A stretch of 64,000 nucleotides of DNA, taken from the NCBI GenBank assembly GCA_050733495.1, contig JBOHTC010000236.1, positions 88,098 to 152,097 on the forward strand, in the 5' to 3' direction. Position numbers and translations under genes: made by a program. Below the pieces are notes generated by a model. The model had not been told where the DNA came from and searched no databases. It worked only from the letters and a program-made list of their open reading frames with translations. Origin of the DNA: Gemmatimonadaceae bacterium (GTDB taxonomy: Bacteria; Gemmatimonadota; Gemmatimonadetes; Gemmatimonadales; Gemmatimonadaceae). Of the stretch, positions 1 through 9,444 are shown piece after piece; positions within the stretch are counted from its first letter, which is position 1; every line of letters begins with the position of its first letter.

Positions 1-658
1 AGCGCTTACTCGCACCAGTCGCCTTTCGGCCGCTCGATTTCCGACCACCCGACGATCGCGAGGAAGATTTCCTGGATGCCTTCGCAGTTCCACCCGAGGT
101 GCCGGCACCCGTTCGCGGGGCCGACGTCGCAGCGCTTCCGCCCGAAGCGCCTCCGCTGCGTCCCGACGACGTGGAGCTGCCAGCGAACGTGTTCCTGCCG
201 CTCGTCGATGGGCTGCCTGTGGTTGCGGACCCGCTCATTCCGCCGGTTGAAGTCGGTCCGTCGAAGCTGGTCCCGCCGAGGCCCGAACTGCCGGCTCCCC
301 CGCCGCCGCTACTTCCGAGTCCGCCGCCCGTCAGAGTGGATTCCTGCCGCTTGCCCGATCCCTTCGGGCGGCCCCTTCTTCCTCTGGGCGCTCCCCCGCC
401 GAAAAGATCTTCCTCTTCCTCTTCGTCCTCGCCCTCCTCTTCGGCCACTACAGTAGCGTCGGAGTCGACCTCTTCGTCGTCGTCCGCGTCTTCAGCGCTG
501 TCCCAGAGGCGATCGCTGTGGTCTTCATTGATTGCCCAGCCACCGTCCTCGTCCTCGTCGTCTTCGTAGGAACGCTTGCCGCGACTGAAGCCACCGAGAT
601 CGTCCGGGTCGTCGTCATCCGCGAAACGCAATGGCTCCATTGATTCACCGCTCGGCAT
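1..658 (-). CDS. Low-complexity, probably disordered protein: acidic N-half, Gly/Ser-rich linker, basic Ser/Arg/Lys tail; runs off the window edge
   Basis: Not in the ORF track because it has no stop in the window. ATG at 658 preceded by AGGAGG. Reads MPSGESMEPLRFADDDDPDD...EEEGEDEEEEEDLFGGG...KASRKSSSRSSGGRKSSGRKA. Confidence 0.8.
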   Translation of the reverse strand, partial: MPSGESMEPLRFADDDDPDDLGGFSRGKRSYEDDEDEDGGWAINEDHSDRLWDSAEDADDDEEVDSDATVVAEEEGEDEEEEEDLFGGGAPRGRRGRPKGSGKRQESTLTGGGLGSSGGGGAGSSGLGGTSFDGPTSTGGMSGSATTGSPSTSGRNTFAGSSTSSGRSGGASGGSAATSAPRTGAGTSGGTAKASRKSSSRSSGGRKSSGRKATGASKR

Positions 659-722
659 TAGTCCTCCTATAGAGTGTCCAGCATCGCACTGAAGTAGCGC
701 GCAATTTTCTGATTTCGCCCGC

Positions 723-738
723 TGCACGTCGCGTGCCT
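723..738 (-). promoter_or_regulatory. Putative sigma54-type -24/-12 promoter
   Basis: Minus strand reads AGGCACGCGACGTGCA (GG-N10-GC; consensus TGGCACGN4TTGCA), about 65 nt upstream of the ATG at 658. Confidence 0.35.
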
Positions 739-852
739 TGTGCATCCGCACTCGGAATACCTGTCATTCGGAATACCGATACAACGAGGGCGAGACGCCG
801 TCAAGACGAGCCCATTCACGCAAGAATCGGCGGCGGAATCAGTGTAGTACAG

Positions 853-1893
853 TTACTCCGATACCAGCGACTGTGCTCCGAGCCGTCGCGTAACAACATG
901 TACAAGCGCGTCATAAACACACGGATCGAACTGCTTTCCGACGTCCACTCTGAGGTGCTCAAGCGCCGCTTTCGGTTCCATTGGATCCCGGTAGGCGCGC
1001 TTCGATGTGAGCGCATCAAAGGTATCGGCGGCGCAAAGGATCCTCGCGCCAAGCGGGATGTCCTCGCCTGAAAAGCCATGAGGGTAGCCGGCGCCATCCC
1101 AATGTTCATGGTGGTGCTCGACATAGTTGAGCGGCGTCCGGAGATGGGAGAGGGGCGCGAGGATGTCCAGCCCAATCTGCACATGCTGTTTGACGTGCTC
1201 GAATTCTTCGGCAGTAAGCCGCCCGGGCTTGTTGAGAACGGATTCTCGAATCCCAATCTTGCCGACGTCATGGAGACGACCAGCGACTCGGAGGTCCTCA
1301 CACATTGCCTGCTCCAATCCCATCTCCACTGCCAACTGTCCCGCAAGCTCCGCGACACGCTGGGAGTGACCGCGCAGGTAGAGATCCTTCGCTTCCATCG
1401 CATTGATCAGCGTCTCCGCGATGTTGACCGACATCATTCGCAGAGCTTCTTTCTCGCGCTCGAGCTCCGCGGTTCTGAGAGCGACCTCCTCTCGGATCAA
1501 CTTGTCGACTCTCCGCTTCTCGATGAGACCTGCGCGCTTGTGAAGCGCGCGATCAACCGCCTGCTGCAGGTCAGCGAGCTCTACGGGCTTCATCAAATAG
1601 TCGCTTGCGCCGGCAGAGAGAACTTCAGTGGCGGTGGCGGCATCGTTGACAGCAGTAAGCATGATGATGGCGAGATCCTCGTCCCTTTGACGCGCTTGAG
1701 GGACAACCTGAACTCCGGTCATTCCCGGCATACGAACATCGCATAACATGAGGGAGAACAGCCCCTGGTCGAGAAGCTCGAGCGCCTGGTCGCCCGATCC
1801 AGCGATCTCCACCTCATAGCCGCGCGATCGCAGAAATTTCCGAAGAGCGAGGCGGATCGTCTCTTCGTCGTCGACGATGAGAATGCGCGTCAC
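853..1893 (-). CDS. Response regulator with HD-GYP phosphodiesterase domain (RpfG-like)
   Basis: REC domain (ILIVDDE, CDVRMP, KP) followed by LHDVGKIG and HHHEHWDGAGYP. Confidence 0.92.
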   Translation of the reverse strand: MTRILIVDDEETIRLALRKFLRSRGYEVEIAGSGDQALELLDQGLFSLMLCDVRMPGMTGVQVVPQARQRDEDLAIIMLTAVNDAATATEVLSAGASDYLMKPVELADLQQAVDRALHKRAGLIEKRRVDKLIREEVALRTAELEREKEALRMMSVNIAETLINAMEAKDLYLRGHSQRVAELAGQLAVEMGLEQAMCEDLRVAGRLHDVGKIGIRESVLNKPGRLTAEEFEHVKQHVQIGLDILAPLSHLRTPLNYVEHHHEHWDGAGYPHGFSGEDIPLGARILCAADTFDALTSKRAYRDPMEPKAALEHLRVDVGKQFDPCVYDALVHVVTRRLGAQSLVSE

Positions 1894-3989
1894 CTCGGAT
1901 CCTCGGCGTAGCGCGGGAGGGAGATCGTAAATGTCGTGCCGATGTCCGGCGTGCTCTCAACGCCAATCGTGCCTTGATGCGCCTGGATGATTCCGTAGCT
2001 CACGCTCAGGCCCAGCCCAGTTCCTTCACCGGGCGGCTTCGTTGTGAAGAAGGGTTCAAACACGCGCTCACTGACAGCCCGAGTCATTCCGTGTCCGGTG
2101 TCGGATACGATCAGAGAGACGGCTCCGTTTCGGCTCTGAGTGATTAGTGAGAGATGTCTGACTCTGGCGTCGCACAGCGCCGACTCCGCATTGACGAGGA
2201 GATTGAGCAAGACCTGCTGCAGCTTCTGCTCGTCGCCGCGCACCTTGGGGTTTGATTCGTCGAGGTGCATGTGCACTTCAATACCGTTCGATCTCGAGGC
2301 GAGGGCGCGGAGACGCACCGTGTGCTGGACTATGGTATTGATGTCGAGGGGGATGTCACGCGCGTCCGTTTTGCGGGCAAAAAGGAGGAGATCACGAATG
2401 ACTCCAATGGCCCGATCGGCTTCGCGTTTGATCAGGCTCACTGACTCGAGCTGCTCGCCTTGAAGCTTGTCCTCCAGGAGCAGTTGAGCGAAGGTGGATA
2501 TGCCAGTCAGAGGGTTGTTGAGCTCGTGGGCGACACCAGCGACGAGCTCGCCGATGGCGGCGAGCTTCTCGGTGCGACCGAGGTGGTCGGCGACTCGGCG
2601 CTCCTCGGTGAGATTGCGCACGCCGATCACGAGCCCGACGACGTTGTGTTCCGCATCTCGAATGTGGCTAAGCATGACGGCGGCGGGAAACTGCGTTCCG
2701 TCCTTGCGGCGGTGGGTGTGCTCACCTGTCCAGAGCGCCTTGTCGGGCGGAATTGCGGGAATAGTCTCTCGCGTCGAAAGCTGTGCGGAGGCTACCACAA
2801 AATCGTCGACGGAAAGACCCGTTATCTCGGAAGCATCGTACCCGTACTCGGTAATAGCGGCAGCGTTTGCGTACTGAACTCTCGCGTCAACGCCCAGTAT
2901 GAGGACGGCCTGGTCCATCGTTGCTAGTGCTGCCGCGAGAGTGCGCTCGCGGGCATGGATGCGTTGCTCCTCTTCGCTGAGGAGCCGCACGTCTATCGCG
3001 AGCGCCACAGCGGGGGCGAGGCGTAGGAGCGCGTCGACGTTCGGGCCTGTTTCGAGCTGGGGCGTATCCGAAATCACAACGAGCACGCCGATTCTTCGAT
3101 CGCTGGCGAAGAGCGGAACGGTAATGGCCGGCTCCTCGGGAATGCGCTCGGGGTTGTGGGCCAACTCGCGCAGGTTTTCTACGAAGGTCGGTTCTTCTCG
3201 CGCCCACGCGGCGCGCACGGCGCTGCGCTCGACGGGCGCGACGGTTCCTTTCATCGTTGTGCAGGCGCCGCATGCAGCAACGCATGAGAGAGTAAGACCG
3301 TCGCGTGATATCACACCAATCGCCTTTCCGCTGGAAGGGACGACGTCGGCGAGGATTTCCAGAATTGCCTGGCTCGCCTCCGCAACACCGAGGTTGCGGA
3401 GTGCCACCCGGGCGATCTCTGCGGCCGCTTCAGTCTGCTTCTGCTCCCTCCGCTGGGCCGCGAAAAGCCGCGCGTTCTCTATTGCAACCGAGGCCTGTCG
3501 AGCGATGAGCATGATCAGATCGAGATCGTCCGTTTCGTAAGCGTTTGCCTTGTAGGAGAGAACCTGCATCACTCCAACGGTTTTTTCGTGGTAGACGAGG
3601 GGCGCCGTGATCTCGCTTTGTACTTCCCGTTTTGCGGCGACCTGGAAAATCGTTCCCTTCCACCAGCGTTCCGGCTTCGACGAGACAAGCGGCTTTCCGC
3701 TTTGAAAAACGCTCGTGATGGTCTCGGTACCGTGGGGAAAATCAAGGACTCCCTCGCCGTGACGCTCCTCGGCGTCGACCACGATGCAGCGAGCGTTCAG
3801 CTTTCCAGACTCCGAGTCTGCGATCATGAGCGCGAAGCAGGGCGCATCGACCACGGAAGCGACGGCTTTGTAGATCTCGCGGTAGGCCTCGTCGAGAGAG
3901 ATCGTGGCGGAGATTGCTTGCTGCACTGTGGCTACAGCCGCGAACCGGGCCGCTCTACGCTGAAGCTCCTCGATCAGCTCAGTCGTCAA
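1890..3989 (-). CDS. GAF-GAF-PAS sensor histidine kinase (NtrB-like)
   Basis: H-box VAHELNNPL, N-box QQVLLNLLVNA, DTGHG, FEPFFTTK, GTGLGL; GAF and PAS segments upstream. Stop overlaps the GTG of the regulator. Confidence 0.92.
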   Translation of the reverse strand: MTTELIEELQRRAARFAAVATVQQAISATISLDEAYREIYKAVASVVDAPCFALMIADSESGKLNARCIVVDAEERHGEGVLDFPHGTETITSVFQSGKPLVSSKPERWWKGTIFQVAAKREVQSEITAPLVYHEKTVGVMQVLSYKANAYETDDLDLIMLIARQASVAIENARLFAAQRREQKQTEAAAEIARVALRNLGVAEASQAILEILADVVPSSGKAIGVISRDGLTLSCVAACGACTTMKGTVAPVERSAVRAAWAREEPTFVENLRELAHNPERIPEEPAITVPLFASDRRIGVLVVISDTPQLETGPNVDALLRLAPAVALAIDVRLLSEEEQRIHARERTLAAALATMDQAVLILGVDARVQYANAAAITEYGYDASEITGLSVDDFVVASAQLSTRETIPAIPPDKALWTGEHTHRRKDGTQFPAAVMLSHIRDAEHNVVGLVIGVRNLTEERRVADHLGRTEKLAAIGELVAGVAHELNNPLTGISTFAQLLLEDKLQGEQLESVSLIKREADRAIGVIRDLLLFARKTDARDIPLDINTIVQHTVRLRALASRSNGIEVHMHLDESNPKVRGDEQKLQQVLLNLLVNAESALCDARVRHLSLITQSRNGAVSLIVSDTGHGMTRAVSERVFEPFFTTKPPGEGTGLGLSVSYGIIQAHQGTIGVESTPDIGTTFTISLPRYAEDPR

Positions 3990-4821
3990 CGAACTCCACC
4001 GTAACTGGCCGCGTAATCACGCCCGATTTGACGCCTTCATCGAGGAAGAGCCGGATGGCACTCCTGCCGCGGTCTCCGTAATCGAGCGTCCAGTCGTTGA
4101 CGTACATCCCGACAAAAGTGTCGGCCTTGCCGCGGTCGAGTCCGCGCGCGAATCGCATGGCGTGGTCGAGGGCGTTTTTCCGGTGGTCGAGACCGTACGC
4201 GATGCTCTCACGGAGATGGCGCGAGACCTTTTTCTGGAGGTCTCTAGGCATGTCCTTCCGAATCACATTGCCGCCGAGCGGGAGCGGAAGGCCGGTTTTC
4301 TCGAGCCACCAGGCGCCCATGTCGGCTATGAGGTGCAGTCCATCATCCTTGTAGGTGAGCTGTCCTTCGTGAATGAGAAGTCCGGCATCGACATCACCGG
4401 CGAGGACCGCCTCTTCTATTTTGTCGAAAGGCCTGACCACCGGAATGAAGTCGGGCTGGAATAGTCTGAGAGCGAGGTAGGCGCTGGTCATCAGCCCCGG
4501 CACCGCGATCCTGCGCCCAGCGATGCTCTCCCGCGTCATCGGAACTTTCGAAACCAGCATTGGTCCGTAGCCATCGCCCATCGATGCGCCATGTGGCAGG
4601 AGCGCGTAACGATCGGAGAGGTACGCGTACGCGTGAATCGATACGGCCGTCACGTCGAGCTCTCCGCGCAAGGCGCGCCCGTTCAGCGTCTCGATGTCCT
4701 GGAGCTCGTGCACGTAGCTCACGCCCTCTGTATCTATCCGACCGTCGGCCAAGGCGTAGAACATGAACGCGTCATCGGAGTCGGGACTATGCGCGAGGTG
4801 AATCGTGGCGGATGGAGTCAT
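3979..4821 (-). CDS. mqnD: MqnA/MqnD family protein, 1,4-dihydroxy-6-naphthoate synthase (futalosine menaquinone pathway)
   Basis: HSPDSDDAFMFYAL N-terminus; LLIHEGQL, LPLPLGG and MYVND motifs. Confidence 0.85.
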   Translation of the reverse strand: MTPSATIHLAHSPDSDDAFMFYALADGRIDTEGVSYVHELQDIETLNGRALRGELDVTAVSIHAYAYLSDRYALLPHGASMGDGYGPMLVSKVPMTRESIAGRRIAVPGLMTSAYLALRLFQPDFIPVVRPFDKIEEAVLAGDVDAGLLIHEGQLTYKDDGLHLIADMGAWWLEKTGLPLPLGGNVIRKDMPRDLQKKVSRHLRESIAYGLDHRKNALDHAMRFARGLDRGKADTFVGMYVNDWTLDYGDRGRSAIRLFLDEGVKSGVITRPVTVEFVDD

Positions 4822-5639
4822 GACCTTCCGGTCAGGCTTTGATGTGCCTGCTTCAAGGCGTTGGAGATGTCGTCCTGGTGTCGCAGATATTCCTCGCGTT
4901 TTTTCGCCATTTCCGGTTTTTCAGCGGCAATGAGACGTCGTTCATACGAATGGAGCTGAGTGCTGTCGCCCGCGATCACTGCAAGGCGCGCTTCGAGTAT
5001 CAGGCCCAACAGGTGGTTGGGATTCTCGCGCAGGATACTGTCTGCCTGTGCTTTGGCGAGGGGAAGAGCTCCGGCGACTTCTCCTATGCGTCCCATGTCA
5101 TAGCGCTGATCCGCGTTCAACGGAGAAAGCATCGCATAAGCGGTAAGAGCCATTGGGGCGAAGAATTGTACGCTATCGATCTTTCCCTCGGTCGCCAGCA
5201 TCATCACCCGATTGTACAGACGATCAGCCCGCTCCTGAGGTGATAAGCTGGAGATATCGGGCGCGCGCATTCCTGCCGGTTGATCGTCGTTACTGACTCC
5301 TCGGTCATCGAGGCCCGCCTGCGGAAGGGCATTCTGAGACCCATCCACGGTGCTGCTACGTCGAGCATTGAACCCGCGACCGGCTGCCATCGCGAATAGA
5401 GCGAGGAAAGCCAGCGCCGCAACTATCCACGGGAGGGAGCTGGTTCTGGGCGCCGGCGAAGCTGCGGCTCCGACGGGAGTGCCGCAACGATGGCAGAATT
5501 TCGCACCGGGTGTCAGATCGGCGGAGCAAGTTGCGCAAGTCGCGCCGACCAAAGGAGTGCCACAGTTGGCGCAGTAGCGACCTGTCGTCGGATTTCCGCA
5601 CGACGGACAGGCCCGGGAGTCAGTTTCGGACGGCGTCAT
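4818..5639 (-). CDS. Double zinc-ribbon membrane protein
   Basis: Four CxxC pairs (CPSC, CANC, CATC, CHRC), one TM helix (WIVAALAFLALFAMAA), helical C-terminal domain. Confidence 0.75.
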   Translation of the reverse strand: MTPSETDSRACPSCGNPTTGRYCANCGTPLVGATCATCSADLTPGAKFCHRCGTPVGAAASPAPRTSSLPWIVAALAFLALFAMAAGRGFNARRSSTVDGSQNALPQAGLDDRGVSNDDQPAGMRAPDISSLSPQERADRLYNRVMMLATEGKIDSVQFFAPMALTAYAMLSPLNADQRYDMGRIGEVAGALPLAKAQADSILRENPNHLLGLILEARLAVIAGDSTQLHSYERRLIAAEKPEMAKKREEYLRHQDDISNALKQAHQSLTGRS

Positions 5640-5702
5640 GCGCTGAAATTAGTCAGCCGTGAGTGGCAATGCACCGCTCACGACGGCGCGCTGCAGTCGA
5701 TG

Positions 5703-7928
5703 CTACACCGGGAAAAGCATCTCTCGATACTTGGGGAGCGGCCAGAAGTCGTCGGCGACGCATAACTCGAGGGCGTCGCACGCTTTGCGCACTTCCGCCA
5801 TTGTGTCGGCACCCTGAGAGGTCAGTATGTCTGCCTGACGCGGTGGATCGTCGTGCATCGTCCCGACTCGTTCGATCACATCATTCAGCTCTTCGCGGTG
5901 CTTCTGAAGTTGCTTTACCAGCTCCCCGACTTTGTTTGCGGTCTCGATCTGTGGAATGATCGAGATTCCCGCCGCTTTGGATTGTGAAGCCGCGTTAGAA
6001 AGCTGGCCGAGGTATCCATAAGCAGCCGGGATCACGAGTGTGTCCACGATCTCGCGCAGCGTGTCGAGTTCGATGAGCATGTCCTTCACGTAGCGCTCGA
6101 CTCGGACGTGATAACGGGACTCGAGCTCCTCCTTGGTGAGAACTCCGAGCTTCGTCAACAGCGCGCGGGACTGCTTGGAGACCATCTCCTTGAGGGCTTC
6201 TGGTGTGCGGCGAAAGTTCGGCAGACCACGCTTGGATGCTTCCTTGACCCAGTCTTCCGAGTAATTGTTTCCCTCGAAGCGGACGGGAGCGCTTTCCTTG
6301 AACGCATCGCGAACGACCTTGAGAACCGCGTCGTCGACCGACTTGGTCTTCTTGAGGGTTTCACGGAGCGACTCTGTGATCTCGTCAATCGCGTCCGCCA
6401 CGGCGGTATTCAGCAAGGCGACGGGAAATGCTATCGAGGCCGAGGCTCCGACGGCGCGGAACTCGAACTTCTGTCCGGTGAACGCAAAGGGTGACGTGCG
6501 GTTGCGGTCTGTGTTATCGCGCTGAATCTCAGGAAGACGGGCGACTCCGAGCTTGATCATTTGCTGTTCCGCCGTGCCGGAGCTCTTGCCCGTCGCGATC
6601 TCTTCGATCACGCGGGTGAGCATGTCTCCCATGAAAACCGAAATGATCGCAGGCGGAGCTTCGTTGGCGCCGAGCCTGTGCTCGTTGCCCGAAGACGCGA
6701 TGCCGGCGCGCAGAAGCCCGGAGTGTTTGTAGACGGCTTTGAGCACGGCCGCGAGGAACATGAGGAAACGAAGATTCTGATGCGGCGTCTTGCCGGGCTT
6801 GAGAAGATTCAATCCGTCGAGGTCCGACGTTTCAGCGGTGAGGGACATCGACCAGTTGCAGTGTTTTCCTGAACCGTTGATTCCGGCAAACGGCTTTTCG
6901 TGAAGAACTGCCTGGAGATGGTGTCGAAGAGCGACGCGGCGCAGAGTGGCCATCACCAGCATGTTGTGATCGACCGCCAGATCCGTCTCCTCGAAGTACG
7001 GCGCCATTTCGAACTGGCACGGCGCCACCTCGTTGTGTCGGGTGGTGATAGGTACCCCGAGCTTGTAAAGCTCGAACTCGGCTTCAGCGATGCAGCCCTG
7101 AATTCGCTCCGGTATTCCGCCGAAATAGTGGTCCTCGAGCTGCTGACCACGAGGGGGTGGAGCGCCTATGAGAGTGCGTCCGCCCATGACAAGATCCGGT
7201 CGCATGGCGAAATGCGCGCGATCTATCAGAAAGTATTCCTGCTCCGGTCCGAGGGTTGTGTAGACTCGCTGCACACCCCGGTCGCCGAGCAGCTCGAGTA
7301 GCGCGATCGCTTTTTGGGAGAGCACATCGGAGCTGCGCAGAAGGGGAGTCATCTCGTCGAGCGCTTCGCCGTTGTAGCCGATGAAGACGGAGGGGATACA
7401 AAGCGTGCGAGCGCCCGTCGACTCGACGATGAACACTGGGCTTGCGGGATTCCACGCCGTGTAGCCACGTGCTTCCCAGGTGGCGCGCAACCCGCCGGAC
7501 GGAAAGCTTGACGCGTCCGGTTCACTCTGGATCAGCTGGTCGCCGGTGAAGGACTCCATAGGTTGTCTGTCGTCGTCAAACGCGAAAAAGGCATCGTGCT
7601 TTTCGGCCGTGAGTCCGGTCTGTGGCTGGAACCAGTGCGTGAAGTGCGTGACTCCCCGCGCGATAGCCCATTCCTTTATGACCTGAGCGACGACGGGCGC
7701 AATTGCCCGGTCGAGCTTTTTCCCCTGACGGATCGACGCTGCGAGACTCGCGAAGACCTCCCTCGGCAGCTTGTCGCGCAGCTGTCGAACGCCGAGAGTG
7801 TTGACGCCGAAGTATTGAGAGGTGGGGCCGGGTATGCCGTCTTCGTTGAATCCGGGAGCGACGCGTGGTGAGCGATTGGTGAGCTCCTGGACTATGGCCC
7901 TGCGCTGGCTGATTGTCGGGGCTGTCAT
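5703..7928 (-). CDS. Glutamine synthetase type III
   Basis: HFTHWFQPQTGLTAEKHD, EPDASSFPSGGLRATWEARGY, QLEDHYFG, HRLGANEAPPA, DRNRTSPFAFTG. Start placed at the ATG of MTAPTIS. Confidence 0.95.
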   Translation of the reverse strand: MTAPTISQRRAIVQELTNRSPRVAPGFNEDGIPGPTSQYFGVNTLGVRQLRDKLPREVFASLAASIRQGKKLDRAIAPVVAQVIKEWAIARGVTHFTHWFQPQTGLTAEKHDAFFAFDDDRQPMESFTGDQLIQSEPDASSFPSGGLRATWEARGYTAWNPASPVFIVESTGARTLCIPSVFIGYNGEALDEMTPLLRSSDVLSQKAIALLELLGDRGVQRVYTTLGPEQEYFLIDRAHFAMRPDLVMGGRTLIGAPPPRGQQLEDHYFGGIPERIQGCIAEAEFELYKLGVPITTRHNEVAPCQFEMAPYFEETDLAVDHNMLVMATLRRVALRHHLQAVLHEKPFAGINGSGKHCNWSMSLTAETSDLDGLNLLKPGKTPHQNLRFLMFLAAVLKAVYKHSGLLRAGIASSGNEHRLGANEAPPAIISVFMGDMLTRVIEEIATGKSSGTAEQQMIKLGVARLPEIQRDNTDRNRTSPFAFTGQKFEFRAVGASASIAFPVALLNTAVADAIDEITESLRETLKKTKSVDDAVLKVVRDAFKESAPVRFEGNNYSEDWVKEASKRGLPNFRRTPEALKEMVSKQSRALLTKLGVLTKEELESRYHVRVERYVKDMLIELDTLREIVDTLVIPAAYGYLGQLSNAASQSKAAGISIIPQIETANKVGELVKQLQKHREELNDVIERVGTMHDDPPRQADILTSQGADTMAEVRKACDALELCVADDFWPLPKYREMLFPV

Positions 7929-7943
7929 GGGTCTGCTGTTGAA

Positions 7944-8046
7944 ATGTGTGACCAATATTGCACAAACTGCACTTCCACTGGGTCAAATTCGCTACTTGTT
8001 GTCCCTGATGCAAGGAACTGCCTGGAGGTCCTTGCAGAAATTGCAA
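7944..8046. promoter_or_regulatory. Shared control region of the divergent glutamine synthetases, with dyad elements
   Basis: TGTG-N10-CACA (7947-7964), perfect TGCAAGGA-N12-TCCTTGCA (8009-8036), TTGCAGAAATTGCAA; AT-richer than the flanks. Confidence 0.4.
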
Positions 8047-8075
8047 AATCTAGTGAACAGGGCTACGTTCCCCCA

Positions 8076-9437
8076 ATGCCCCGCCATCGCTCAAGAATCC
8101 TCGAAACAACGGGCGCTACAGCCCAGGAAATCCTGGAGCTCGCCAACAAGAACAACGTCCGCTTCCTAAGACTGCAATTCACGGACATCCTCGGCATCAA
8201 CAAGAACATCGAGGTCCCCGCCTCCCAGTTTGAGAAGGCCCTCGCCGGCGATATGATGTTCGACGGCTCTTCAATCGAAGGGTTCGTACGCATAGAAGAG
8301 TCCGACATGCTACTCGCACCGGATCTTGGCACCTTCCAGATCTTCCCGTGGGGCGACGATAACAGCCGAGTGGCGAGGGTGATCTGCGACATCAATACTC
8401 CCGATGGCAATCCCTTCGCCGGCGATCCGCGCGGTGTTCTCAGAAAGATGATTGCGCGAGCCGCGGAGCTCGGCTACACCATGAACGCCGGCATGGAAGC
8501 CGAGTTTTTCATGTTTAAGCCGAGCAGCGACGAAGAACCTTCGACGACTACGCACGACGTGGGTTCCTACTTCGACCTCGCCCCCGCCGACCTCGGCGAG
8601 GATGCACGGCGGGCCATCGTCGACGTCCTGGAGCGGATGGGATTCGAGGTCGAGGCTGCGCACCATGAAGTCGCTCACGGCCAGCACGAGATCGATTTCC
8701 GCTATGCCGATGCTCTGAAGACCGCCGACAACATCACGACTTTTCGCTTCGTCGTGAAATACGTAGCTCGAACGTTCGGACTCACCGCCTCGTTCATGCC
8801 GAAACCGATTTTTGGCCAGAACGGAAGCGGCATGCACACCCACCAGTCACTCTTTCGGGGGAAACAGAACGCGTTCTGGGACGAGAAGGCACAATGGCAG
8901 CTGTCGAAGACAGCGCTCTATTACATAGGTGGGCTCTTGCGCCACGCGCGCGGATTCACGGCGATCACGAATCCACTGGTCAACTCCTATAAGAGACTGG
9001 TCCCAGGCTACGAAGCTCCCGTGAATGTCGCGTGGTCGATGCGAAACCGCTCCCCGATGATTCGCATTCCGGATCGAAGAGGATCTGGCACGCGGATAGA
9101 GCTGAGAATTCCTGACCCTTCAGCAAACCCGTATCTGGCGCTCGCGGCGCAGCTCGCTGCGGGATTGGATGGAATTACCACCAAGGCGGATGCGCGTGAG
9201 CCCGTCAACACGAACATCTGGGAGATGTCGCACCGGGAAAAGCGGCGTCTCAGGATCGACGACCTGCCGCACAATCTTGGCGAAGCCTGTGCCGAGCTGG
9301 AAAAGGACGACGTCATCACCGAAGCACTCGGAGAACACATCACGACGCAGTTTTTGGCGGCGAAGAGACAGGAGTGGGACGACTATATCACCCAGGTCTC
9401 GCAGTGGGAGCTCGATAACTATCTCGCGAAGTACTGA
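8076..9437 (+). CDS. glnA: Glutamine synthetase type I (GSI-alpha-like)
   Basis: FDGSSIEGF, HHEVAHGQHEIDF, FMPKPIFGQNGSGMHTHQS, NSYKRLVPGYEAP, RIELRIPDPSANPYL. Start moved to the ATG at 8076. Confidence 0.95.
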   Translation: MPRHRSRILETTGATAQEILELANKNNVRFLRLQFTDILGINKNIEVPASQFEKALAGDMMFDGSSIEGFVRIEESDMLLAPDLGTFQIFPWGDDNSRVARVICDINTPDGNPFAGDPRGVLRKMIARAAELGYTMNAGMEAEFFMFKPSSDEEPSTTTHDVGSYFDLAPADLGEDARRAIVDVLERMGFEVEAAHHEVAHGQHEIDFRYADALKTADNITTFRFVVKYVARTFGLTASFMPKPIFGQNGSGMHTHQSLFRGKQNAFWDEKAQWQLSKTALYYIGGLLRHARGFTAITNPLVNSYKRLVPGYEAPVNVAWSMRNRSPMIRIPDRRGSGTRIELRIPDPSANPYLALAAQLAAGLDGITTKADAREPVNTNIWEMSHREKRRLRIDDLPHNLGEACAELEKDDVITEALGEHITTQFLAAKRQEWDDYITQVSQWELDNYLAKY

Positions 9438-9444
9438 GGCGTGA

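Noticed and set aside
76-648. Plus-strand Pro/Ser-rich ORFs
   Set aside because: They are antisense shadows of the minus-strand low-complexity gene, which has the RBS.
7944-8075. Cys-rich N-terminal extension of glnA
   Set aside because: It overlaps the divergent promoter region; GS-like sequence begins after the ATG at 8076.
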